The notes below the pieces were generated by a model. The model saw only the letters and a program-made list of their open reading frames with translations, did not search any database and was not told the origin of the DNA. A stretch of 63,999 bases of DNA, counting the filler, from Diploschistes diacapsis (taxonomy: Eukaryota): assembly GCA_023645945.1 (NCBI GenBank). It is 4 parts of 4 records of this genome, joined end to end, with 100 filler letters (N's around TTAATTAATTAA, not from the genome) between each part and the next. Parts side by side here need not be neighbours in the genome. Positions count along the whole stretch, not along the records: positions 1 to 16,635 come from JALAIB010000494.1; 3 more parts are not named here. One strand, written 5' to 3'. This document shows, piece by piece, positions 1 through 11,815 of this stretch (position 1 is the stretch's first letter; each line of letters begins with the position of its first letter). The position numbers and the translations under genes are program-made.

Positions 1-26
1 CCCTTCCTCTCCTCCCCCCCCCACAA

Positions 27-378
27 TCAAGAGCATTTACTCTTACAATGCCTACTCCAGCACCGACAAAAAGCGTCATACGGCTTCTCCCCCTTGGCCA
101 CCGCGTCGTCCTTGAAGCTCTTGTACCCTCCCTCGCACTGCTTACACAGCGCCGAGTCTCTACCGCGACGCTGTAGTAGCCTTCCGAGGCCACGGGCTTC
201 TGCTTCGGCCTCAGCGTCTGCTTCCGCGTTGCGAGTGTACAGGGCGCTGAGATAGCCGTCGCCGTAGCCGCCATCACGAGCGTAGAGGGAGGAGGTGCCG
301 TATGTTTAGGGGTTTTTGCTGGGCGAAGGCGGAGAAAGCGAGGGTTAGGAGGGTGGTGAGGAGGAGGAGGGCGTGCAT
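27..378 (-). pseudogene. Small secreted Cys-rich prepro-peptide with one +1 frameshift near 300-320 (pseudogene or sequence error)
   Basis: Manual translation: ATG at 378 gives MHALLLLTTLLTLAFSAFAQQKPL (signal peptide). After a 1-nt shift it continues YGTSSLYARDGGYGDGYLSALYTRNAEADAEAEAEARGLGRLLQRR-GRDSALCKQCEGGYKSFKDDAVAKGEKPYDAFCRCWSRHCKSKCS, with TGA at 29-27. The span is 352 nt (3n+1). Confidence 0.75.
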
Positions 379-2743
379 ATTATTTGGGGCGGTGGTTGGC
401 CGAGGGTGATGGATGGAAGATGGTTGGGATTGGTGATTTGGCGGGCGGGCTAGATTTGGGAGGTGGGAGGTGAGGGGTTGCTCTTGAAGGGAAGACGCTG
501 GGTGGATGGTGTGGAGATGTGATTTGTTATATGAGCTGAGAAGAGCTAAGCTGTTTTGAAATCTGGAAGATTGGGGGGGGTATTCGAAGAGGGCTTGTAT
601 AGGCGGTTTGGAGAACGTGCTATGATTGCCGTTGAGGAAGCGGGCTTAGAGATTGAGCTAAGGCACGGCGGCCATGGCCTGCTGTTGTGCTTAGCAGTGA
701 TTGACTTCATCTTCGATACGCGCAAACCAGCATAACGGTCGTAGGTAGAGCTGTCAGGCTCCGGTCGAAGACGTCCTTGATTATGCTGTAGATCGAATCG
801 AGCCTCACGTTAGCGGAGCAAATTGTCTCTTTTGATAGCCAAGCCCAACAAGCAAAAGGTATCCAAGGCAGTGTTCTGAATGCTTCCGCACTTGTCAGGG
901 GAAATCTATCAAAATCGAAAAATAAAGCACCTACCTTTCTTCGTCGTTGTGAAGCTGGCGAATCAGTCATCCCTCTGTCCCTGTAGGATCTGATACAGGC
1001 CACAAGAGCTCAAATATAGTGTCGGGCCCTATTCAAAGGAGTATATACTGTTTCGTCCGAACATAGTAACCTTGCGCTTGTAACGAGGCCATATGGCGGT
1101 TGAAAACCAAGGCTGGCTAAGCCGGCGTCCTGTAAAGAGAGCTGAATTTGCAAGATGAGCTCCAAAATTTAGTCACCGCAACTGTTTGACATCTTTATGA
1201 AGATCGGGAACAAGGTAATGAGATTGTGAATGATGGTTCGAAACTGAAACTAGCTCCCAGGCGTGCATGCAGATTGCGTGTTCGGCCAAGGGAGACGTAG
1301 GTGCTTCTGAATAGCAAAGCATCAAATAGCTCCTGTAGCCATTGCAAATTGGTATTGTTGTAGACGGCGCGATTTCTTTCAGACAGTCCGTATCGCTGTA
1401 ATGGAGAGAGTGCCGACGGTGCCTCGTTTTCGATAGTCGCCATCCGCGTTTCAGCGTCTGGGGCATTTCATTCACTAGCATTTTCGGGGGTGTGCTGCTA
1501 TTGATATCAGGCCGATATATGTACATATAGATATATAAGCTCGTGGATGGAGCACTAGGGTTTTACGTACTAGTGGTTGGATCTGATCGGATGTTGTATC
1601 TCATCGAGATTATGTGGAAGGCAGAGCAGAACAAATTGCCATGATAAATTAGCTGCTCTTTCCTACAGATAACATGTTCTAGGGTCTTGCGTGACAGGGC
1701 AAAAACTCTCCTTGTCTTTCAACCGAACGATTCACTGGTATTGTAACACATGTCACAGGGTCTCTGCAGAACAGGCTGTAGCTAATGGCCAGATGCCTTC
1801 ACTCATTCCTTGTTTCTTCTTATGGTATACTATGTTCAGTATGCCTAGCTCACCGACTTGATCCGCTCCGCTCCATTCAGCTTAGTGGCCTTGCGTGTAC
1901 TTCAAGGCCGCTAAGCTTCCCTCCATGTCTCCATCTAGCCGTCTCACCCATCTACTCCCATTTCTCGCCTTTTTTCCGCCAGTCTCCAGCTTGCACTCCG
2001 GCCCGTGTCCCACCCTATCCTCCTGCTCCATCTTCTCTGGCTCCGATCCGGTTCCCTGTCCACCCCGGGTCTCCGTCTACTGAACAAATCAGCCCTTCAT
2101 CTTCGTCTGGGCCTTCGTCTGGGCCTTCGTCTTCCATGTCTCGACGCGAATGCATCATATCTTCAAAGCAGCGCCATCGTTTGAGTCGCCCATTGCAACA
2201 CACAGAATACCAACAGTAAAACATCGTACAAACGGCAGGAAGTACTAGTAATTACTGTAGCAGAACCACGTGGTCGACATAACTTCCGAGGCGATAGTGC
2301 AATACATTTTTCCGTTCTCCCCTTTCTAGGTTATGCTTTTCAAAGTTTTGAAGTAAACAAACACAGAAGCGCCACAACTATCTCCGCTCCATTCCGTTAG
2401 CCGTAGATAGATCTACCTTCAATAGTAGAAATATGGGTATCATTGAATTGAGCCATCATTTGCTGCACTGCGCTAGAAGAAAAACTTCTTCCCCACATTT
2501 GAACAAGAGTAATAACAAGCCCGAGCGTGGAAAGGGAGTAGTATTAAGGGCATAGGAACGTCGTAATTAGAGCGTCGTTCAATACTTGTCGAAGAAGCCG
2601 ATAACCATGCTGAGCCATACGATAGTGAGGACTTTCGTTGGCTCAAGAGAATACCTGTAGTGGATGATGGATGGCCCGACGCTTATGTGTGAATGCCGAC
2701 AGCGTTCATAGCCTAAGTCGAAGTAAGAAGAATCGCGCCGAGT

Positions 2744-5277
2744 TCAGATGCATGGTAAGAACTGCCTTCCGTTAGCTGTCATTCCTATAACCGCCTCTCC
2801 GATCCTTGCGCAACAGCCCTCTCCCAAGAAACAAATAGCAAAGAGAGCCCAAGAAAACAACAGAAAAACTCACATTCATAACAATCATCATCGGCAAGTC
2901 GAACAGATCCCGCTTGACCGTCCAGCAGCACGAGCACTCTACTTTGCCGTCCTTGCCACCCAGCTCGTCTATGCCCGCCTCGCCCGCTATCCCCTTTGCC
3001 CTCTCCACCGTCCCTCCTCCACCACCACTACCCGCCGAGCCTGCGGGCGCAAGAGTCCTCTTTCTCTTCGTTCCCGATTTCTCTGCGCTTCCTGTCCGTC
3101 CTCCTCCTCCTCCACCATCACCATCACTACCACCATCGGCCACAACCTCTCCGACCCCACCATTGGTACCACTACTCCGAACGCCAGCCGAAACAGGATG
3201 ACGATACTCCTTGCTCCGATACTTCAATAACTTGCACCGCGTCGTCACGCCACCCCTCGAGTCCCCGAACGCCAGCCGCGCAAAGTCCTCGTAGAACTCA
3301 ATCACGCTATCATCATCCAGCAGCTCCGCCAAAAATACCGGCTGCGGCCTCGAGCTATCCAGCGCGCCCGCAGGCAAGCGCGGCGTCACGAAGCCTCCCG
3401 GCCGCGAGGGCGGGCCCGTGCTGGTGCCTGTTCCTGAGACACCGCCTGCTGCACTACCAGCCGGATCCAACAACGCACCCGCGCCGCTAACGCTAACGCC
3501 GGAGGAGTTATTCCTCGTGTTGACGTTCAAATTAGCTTCTTTGCCCAGGAGGACGTCCTTTTTCCAGCCCGTCAAAATACTAAACTCCTTGCCCACGGCC
3601 GCTACCTCGCCCGTGCGCCGGCACACGATGGTTGGCGTGCCGCACGCGCTGATAAAGTCCTCGTACTCCCACAGTGTGCGCTGGAAGCACTTTTCCATGA
3701 AGATCAAATCCTCGTGACCGAGGGATTTGGTGCAAGCGAGAAAAGATGGGCGAATGGAGGCGAGGGCTTTGGCGATGCGGAGGGTTTTGGGAGGCGGGAA
3801 ACGCTTTTGGATGAAGGCTATGAGGCTGTGGAAGCCGGTCGTGTAGGAGTAGGGCTGAGTGACGGAGGTGTAAATTCTTGCGGGGTCGCCGCGGCGGTGC
3901 GGGTGATGGTGGCGGGATGTGGGGAAGTGGTTAGTTGAGGCAGAAGTCGGCTGAGATTGGGAGAGGGTAGGTGCATGATGCTGTTGTTGCTGATGGTGTT
4001 GGTGGTGAGAGGCCATGGAACGGCCCCGGGTGCTGGGGCGGCTGTTTGGAGCGGAACTGGGGGCGAGTATGGGCTTGCTGGACTGCATCTCGTCGATACT
4101 CTTAGCTAGCATCGGACTCATTTCCGTAGTGGGGCTGGCAAATGCAGAACCTACGCCTATCGAAAACGCGTTGGGCTGGTCTTGATTTGCCATGGCATTG
4201 GAGTTAAAGGCATTTGCGATCCTATCCTGCTGCCGTACATTAGACTGAGGTTGCGTGGGAGGCCTCCAGTCGCCCAAGGTCTGATCCTGTCCGAAGAGAT
4301 AGGGCTGTGTGGCCATGGTGTTGTCCGAGTACGCGCTGGGCATCGTACTCGCGGCGAGGGTCACCGGGTTCATCTGACCAGTGGTATCGTTTGGCGGTGT
4401 CTCTGCTGCTCCGGATGACATGTGACCGAGCATGCCAAACTCCAAAGCACCGTAGTGGTTGCCGAAATTGAAACTCGCTGGATCAAAATTGTATTGACTC
4501 AGATCCTGCCCGTCAAAAATATTGGAGCCAAAGTCCTGCATGATGCTCGCCTCTGGTGGTGGAACTGCAGATTCCATGGCCTGGACTAGGCTTTGCATTG
4601 GATTTGGTTGTGGCCCTGAAGAGACCCCGAAAGGTGACGATATTGGAGATTGGTGGGAGCCGAATCCTGATGCATTCATCAACGTATCCGTAATAGGCAA
4701 CTGGCCTGAGGCCGACACGGGATTGTAGACCGGAAAAGGCGTGGTAGTTTGTGCCTGGGCGTAGACATCCCCGACGGGATTCAATGGATAAGTCGGGCTT
4801 TGCGGATTCTGCTGTCCCTGCCGTAGGCTGCCCAAGTATTGATAGTGTGTTGATGCTCCAGGAAGCAGAGCTTCGGAGGGAGCGTCGTGCAGATACTTGG
4901 CCTTTTTGCGAACTCCGTCCTGGCAAGCATCTTGTAATCCGCGCTTGATACACCTCTGGCATGGCCGTTCGTCACCTTTAAGGAACAATTAACACTCGAG
5001 CACAGCAATTTCAGAACGCGAAAGCCATACCGCACGTTAGATGGGCTCGTTGACAGGCGAAGCATGCTCGTCTTGCCTTTTTCCGCCGTGGTCTAGACGG
5101 ATCCTTCGCATTAGAACTCTTCTTCGGCGGCCCGGGGTTTTCTTTGTCCTTGCGATCCCCATTTTCCGCGTTCCTATCCTGGCTCTCTGTCTTGATCATG
5201 TCTCCCGTCTCCTGATCTCCGCTCTCCTCGGGCGATTGGGAACGAGAAGTGCCATCGTTTTCCGAGTCCGATGCCAT
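2744..5277 (-). CDS. acuK: Zn(II)2Cys6 transcription activator of gluconeogenesis (AcuK/Ert1 family)
   Basis: Exons 5277-5031, 4975-2874 and 2761-2744, with GT-AG introns. Zinc cluster [30 protein letters not shown]-terminal PAS-like region [13 protein letters not shown]...[20 protein letters not shown]. Ends IVMNFLPCI*. Confidence 0.93.
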
Positions 5278-6903
5278 GTTATATGCGAGGACCTTCCAGA
5301 CTCCTTCCACGCCCAGGTTTCCCAAAGCACAAGCCCGTATCCGACCTGTATGCGCCTAGATGCAGACCCACGTTCCCACTATGTGCCCAGCCGGATAGCC
5401 TAACCCAAAAAGCCTCGGTCTCCCTGCCCAAACACCGAATCTTGCAATCAGCACGTACCTTGCTCCAAGCGAACACCATGCGCAGCTGCTTTTGGATTAT
5501 GACGGTGGCCTCTGACGGTATGACGCTGAAACGGGATACGAGGGGTGCTGGAGCGCGGAGGCGATCAAAGCACAGAGACTGCCGCCGCAGCTCGATTGAC
5601 GTTGCACGGATACGGCGAAGCGATCGCTACTATTTTTTTGGGGGGTAGAAGATTAGCTTCAAGTAACTCAAGGCTCTTGCAAATATGCCATGTACTGACT
5701 GTGCACATCATGGTCTTCCAATCCAAAACGCATCGCTTCTGCAGGCCCTCTCTCTGATCCAGCTATATTGCAGCCTCCTGCGAATCAGAGGCGGATGAAC
5801 AGGCTGGGCATTGTGACACGACGTGAGATGGAGACACTGCTGGGTAGTCGAGTACCAATTTACCGGGACAATGGGTCCTATGATAAATGATGGTGAAGCG
5901 GTCAAGGAGATTAAGATCCGTAATGTATTGGAAGCAAGCTTCTGAGGTCTGCTGCCTTCAGGATGCAGGACTTCAAGTGCGCACAAAGACCGCAGGATGA
6001 GATGGAGGGCCGTGAGTGGAGAGTCTTGTACCAGCAAGCTTGGGTGTACGACGTGCGGGCCGGTGTCGCAGCTAAGTAAAGAGTTTGTAGGGAACGAATT
6101 GATTTCTTGCGATGCACAAAGAGCTCCAAATAAGTGGTGGGTTTAAGGACAATTGTGCTGCTTTCTTCCAAGTGGATATGGGGCGAATTGTCGCGCGAGC
6201 AACACGAAGAGGGGTGATAGAGGTCTGTTTTTCCCCCCTCAACCTCAGCAAGAAAACTGTGATGGAACAATTGCCTAAGCTCGCTGTCTCTGTGCTGTTT
6301 GAAGCTTCCTGGAGGTCTACACCCAATCGCAACTTCTCTCCTGCTGTCCAATGGCCGAAGGGTGCATCGCCGGATTCTGTTTCCTCTCCTGTTCACTTGG
6401 AGCAGCAGCCACTGAGTTGTTCGTCCACTTGTCCGCTACTGGTCGCTCCTCGACCTCCTCAACATGTACTCCCCCACCTTCTGATGCCACCTTCATGCCA
6501 TTGCCCACTGCGTCTCCCTTGCCTTCTTGCACCTCCCACGATAAGAAGCTGGATGGTCAGTACCAGTTGGCTATACCAACATCACCAATATTAGGGTCAA
6601 GAGCCCCCGGAAAGGAGCCGACGAAGCACAGGCGGCACAAAGTCACACGGGCAGAGTAACGCACGCTCCCCCATGACACGTTTTTGACACTTCCAGCTAC
6701 CATCGTGTAACTGTCGCAGAGGTATAGACCGAAGCTAAGTAAAGTCTCTATCTAGTTCATCAAGAGCATCTATGCGAAGTCGACAAAGGAGTGTTGAATC
6801 CACAGTGTAAAGAGGATAGACGAAGCACACAAACATGATCAAGATCAGACGGCAAGCAGTGGCGAGGCAACTACGATGAAAACAGATATTCATATTTTCT
6901 ATC

Positions 6904-8999
6904 TCATTGCGTAATGGAAGCAAACTTGCTGTGTCCTCTTATCCGCTTTCCATATCTAAAAAATATGTACCTTGACCACGTGTTAATCATGCCCTCCATA
7001 TGCGGGGACCTATAAAATACTCACGGGAAAGGCACCATCAGCAGGGTCAAGAACGCGAGGGTCGTCGTCGCCCACTGGTACCCAAGGTTGTTATACACTT
7101 ATGCGCAAAGCCGTGAGCAAAGTACCGGTACGTACAAGCCTTTCGGCAAGGGCACTTACTGGCCGGTCCAAACAAGGGGAAGGCGGCCGCAAAACTGCTT
7201 CTAGCAAAGCTGTTCGCAGCAAGGGCGCTGGCAGCATACAGCGGATATGCGTCGACCAAAAAGGTGAACACGCCAGAAAAGATCAGGATCATCCTAAGGC
7301 GCGGATAATGTCAGCCACTGAAGTTGGGTGCGCAACAAGTGAAGCTTACCCTGCACCGAATACGGCACTTCCTATAATGGGCACAATCCAATGTACCGAA
7401 GAGTAACTGTGTCCTTTATCAGGCCACTAATCTCGCTTTGCGAGGCGGCTCGTATAAGCCAGGGAGTGACTTACGTGGTCCAAGCAAACCAGAACATCCC
7501 GATTGTTACCAGTGGTGCTCCCGCAATTGCTGGAGGAAGGCGAAATTCGGGCTCTGAGACGCCAACTTCTCCCGTCTCCTTTTCACGGTTGTGAAGTAAT
7601 CTGAGAAAGTTCTTGTGCCACCTAAGAAGGTTAGGACGCTTTTCTCCGTTGCTCCCCATGGAAACTTGATATTACCAAGGATCCATTGCCATTGCCACAG
7701 CCATTCCAACGCCTATGCCGACAAATGTCAGGCCAACTTGCCACAACTCAAACCCATGGTTGGTGGTGAAGACAATGGTGAATGCACCGAAGAAGAGGTA
7801 CAGGATCTAAAAGTTAGCGCCGATTGCTTGGATTGGCTCAAAGACTTACTCCAAGCAACAGAGCGGAATATAGACAGAGATTGAGGCACATTGGTTCCAG
7901 GGTTAGCAACTGAAAGGGCCGGTAACACGACCTGATGATTGTCTATTGCAACGGTCACTCTCTCCGTGACATTAGGTACCTTAAAGTGGCTTACCTGGGT
8001 GATCGATTTCTTCGTCTTCTCCATTGGTGCATGCCATCTATCATTGCCAGTCTCCTTACGTAATTTCCGCGCTTTTGTTCGAAGCAGAACTGGGTGGTAG
8101 GTCTCGGGGACGACCAAAGTGATACAGATCCATTGGATGAAGGCCCAAATGATAAGAATATAGAAAGACCACCGCCTACAGAGCAAGTTAGATAGCCCGC
8201 GCGGTCCTAGAAAGGGACTAATTGCCATACCAATTAGTGAACTGGTTGATAAATCCCCCTAGTATAGGGCCAACGACAGGACCTAGAAAGGGACTTGCAG
8301 TGAAGACCATCATGGGGGCCTGCAACTCAGTTTTATCAAAAAGATCTCCAACCGTACCGCCGGACACGCTGAGGAAAGCAGCTCCAACAAAACCATTGAT
8401 AAAGCGACAGACGAGCATCGTTTCAATATTTTGAGCCACAGCACACGGTATCAACCAGATAACGAACAGCGCTAGGGAAATGATGTATATGGGTTTCCTC
8501 CCATAGAACTATACTCCGATCAGTCATGGCCCCGGAGGCCTCATCACCACTATCGGCTCACCTCGCTCAACGGTCCCAACAGCATGGGTCCCAATCCTAG
8601 GCCCACCACGAAGAGACTCAACCCCAGCGTTGCCACAATCTCGCTAACACCAAACGCTTCTTCTAACTGCGTGTAGGCCATGGAGTAGAGGGACGATGCG
8701 CATGTCACACAGAGACTGGTCGACGAGCATAAGAGGACAAATACCCATTTCTGCCGTGTACTATAGCGGCTCCTAGGGTTCATCGGATCAGAGGGTCCAT
8801 TGTACGAGACCTCGTAGTCAGGATCGTGGGTGGGTGTAGGTATAAGGGTGTTTTCTTGTTGTCCTTTCTCGACATCCTTACTGTTTGCATATAGCTTTTC
8901 CGTATTTGTGTTTGGAGCTTCCTTCTCAATATCGGGGTCCACTGAAGAATCCTGTGGTACTTGCTTAGTAGAGGTAGAGTCTGATCCTGGAGGGGCCAT
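6904..8999 (-). CDS. MFS multidrug transporter, DHA1 family (multi-exon)
   Basis: Motifs [56 protein letters not shown] and [23 protein letters not shown]. Last exon [21 protein letters not shown] ends at 6904. Confidence 0.92.
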
Positions 9000-9783
9000 T
9001 TAAGCGATAGAAGGGCGTGGTTTCCCTGATACGCCAGATCAAAGGCAACAATCAAGGACTACTTCTTCTAGCCTTTCCCATATCAGTGATCAAACGTCAA
9101 TGAATGGCCCAAAGGAAAAACTGGGCCACAGGAGAGGATCGGTAACTAACGTACTCTACTCGAACAACAAAAGTCTGCCTCCCTCAAGGAAATGGCCTGA
9201 ATGGGTAAAGCGAGGTTCCGCACAGCAGGCGCGACCTCCTCTATCTATATACTGGTTATGCCAGGTCGCTAAGCAACAAGAGCATCTAATAAGCGGGCCC
9301 TGGGGCATTCCGAAGGATTCAAGTTGTGGACTTCTTTTACATGTGTTTTTCACCCATTTCATCATCCCTACATCAAGTCCGTTAATTGTTAATTGGATGG
9401 ATGGATGGATCTTGGGGAGCAGTCCAGCGCGGCTCAAGTATTAGCGTTCAACGTTCTACACCGCTTTCTACCGCTTCACAACCGGCAAATATTACTGTGT
9501 ACGCTAATGTATGGGCTATTCCGAGGACTGTCACGTTAAGTCTTACGATTATTCTGCTGCTGCCGCTTAAAGCCGAGCTTATGTAAGCCAGGAGCGGCAT
9601 CGGGATAACTTAATCCCTATTTCTAATCGCGGAACGCTGACCGCGACACCGCTTTGTCCTCGTTCCGCCCCTCTATCTGATAAAAGGTCTTACAATACGG
9701 AACGAGCCCAAGCCACCACTCTCCCCACCTCGTTCTTTTTCCCCCCGACTACCCCTCCCCTCAACAACTCCTGTCACTCTCCA

Positions 9784-11346
9784 TCATTCGAACCTAACCC
9801 TCGTCATCCGCGTCCAATTCCCCTCGTACGTCCAACTAAGCAGCAGGGTCTTCCCGCTCTCGTCGTACCCGGGATACGCGTGGCCCGCGAAGTTGTACGG
9901 CACCTTCGTGCCGGCCTCCGTGTCGAGCAGCTCCATAGCTTCCGACCATTTTCCCTCGACACGCCCCTCAAGCGCATATCGCAGGCGGAAGGTGCCGGGA
10001 AGGGCGTTGAAGTAGACGCAGAGGAAGGTGCGGAAGTGGGGGGAGTAGAAGAGGTCACCGGTGCTGAAACTGTCGGTGATGATGTTGCCCGCCACGGAGT
10101 CGCGGGCGGGTGCGGTGGGGTGAAAGGATGTGCCGGACCAGAAGGTCCACTGCGAGAGCCGTCAGTTGTGGTTGGATGTCTACAGGGAGAAAGGAGGGGG
10201 TGATGGTTGCCTTTGACCGGTCTGCGACTCCGTCCAGCGGGACCTGAGCGAGTTTCAGGCCTGTCTTGTCGTGGGCGAAGAAATTCAAGAGATTGGTGTG
10301 CGGATTGAGGAGGCTGCCGAACTTGCCCCAGTTCACTTCGCCGTCACGCTCCTGTCGTCGAGCATCAGTAAGACCCTAGGCCGACTATAGGCGGGTTGGG
10401 CTTGCAGAGAAGAGTCGCGGCACGATGCGCTTGATGACCGGCCCGGAATCCAGCGCCTCGATGGTGCAGAGGCTGTTGTACAGGTCCCACCCAGTAATCT
10501 TCTTCGTGAAGACCGCGATAGGCGCAACGAAGATGCCCGTGGTGGCGCTGATGGGGGTTATGCAAGCTAACCATCTCAGATGCCTCTTCGCCGGGCGACC
10601 GATAAACTACTGACTTTCAGGCCAGATCACCTGCCTCTCTCCCCTCGACTCCCAGTTCGCCGTTGTCCACTGCTCTTCTTCCGGCAGGAACGGTATCCCA
10701 ATCTTCGGCCTCGGGCCATCGCAAAAGTCTCTCAATTTCGAAGGGTCTTTGGGATCGAGCTTTAGACATCATGAGCCAGCTCTCTCCTCCAGCAGGATCG
10801 CGGTGAAGGTCTGACGTACGTATGCTATAGTGTTAGAAGTGAAGCCGATCATCTGCCCGTCATGCCCGCCGGTGGTGGTGGTAGTGTCGGAGAACATGAT
10901 GATGTTGTGGCCGTTGACTTTACCCCCGCCCCCGCCGTCGCGGAAGACATTGGGCGTGCTAGATTCGGCGGTGCGGATGCCGTCGCCTTTGTCGAACTTC
11001 GGGGGGAGGTTGCAACTTCGAGATGTTAGAATGGAGGAGCTTTGGAGGGGAGTGGTCTGCCAGTAGCGCGGGCTGCAGCGCTTGGAGCCAAAATGAATAG
11101 ATAAACAAGCAGATAAGTGGAACAAGGAGGAAACTAGCGAGAGCAATAAGATTAATCGCAAGATGCTGCTACAAGTCCCCTCGCGCCATGGCAGCTGCGT
11201 AGCTGGAGTCCTCCCAACGCGCTCGTCCCCGTACGCAAGACCGACAATCCGCTGTATACCTGAAGACTAATTGCGCATCTAACAAGCCTTATGCTTCTCC
11301 CCAAAGGAGGTATTTAAAACCTACCCAACAAATGCCATATTCCCAT
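9784..11346 (-). CDS. DUF4185-like secreted or membrane-anchored protein (5' end uncertain)
   Basis: Spliced frame contains RDGGGGGKVNGHNIIMFSDT, GDLFYSPHFRTFLCVY and AGHAYPGYDESGKTLLLSWT, plus a hydrophobic N-terminal stretch. The start is either ATG 11346 via a GT-AG intron, or ATG 11189 with a 1-nt shift in a G run. Introns 10352-10405 and 10150-10210 need GC donors. Confidence 0.75.
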
Positions 11347-11815
11347 GCTCCTGTTTCGATGTGCTGAACGGCCTCTTCAACATAGCCAAGCACATCCGCA
11401 AGTAGCTATGAGATGATCTTTTAATCCTCAGACTTCGGCGATTAGAGTTGTGAATTGGGCCGCCGCATGCCCAGGATGCTGCTTGAGAGCCGCATACATC
11501 ATCGGCAGGGAAGAGAAGGGGTTTATTTGTGAAGCTTGCAGCTTGGGGAGGTGTACCTTGTTATTGGGTGGAGGATTATCAGCATAGAAGAGGAAGACGG
11601 GGGTGCCAGCTTTTAGCGCAGCTGAAGCTGATGCGAATATAGGTGACAAGGGGGCGTAGTGGTTATTTTTGATACCCGGACTCAGGCGTACTCTTTCATG
11701 AGTTGGACGGCTACTTGCTACTGTCACGATGGGCCGTGTCCCAGTGCAAACGCATGCTTCACGAGCCTCTTTCTCGGAACCAAGACGCTCTTGTCGACTC
11801 GATAGACCTTGCTGT

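Noticed and set aside
700..2230. Short ORFs and a 12-bp repeat near 2100
   Set aside because: No recognisable motifs or consistent splice model.
5700..6700. Overlapping ORFs between acuK and the MFS gene
   Set aside because: No coherent gene model or domain could be built.
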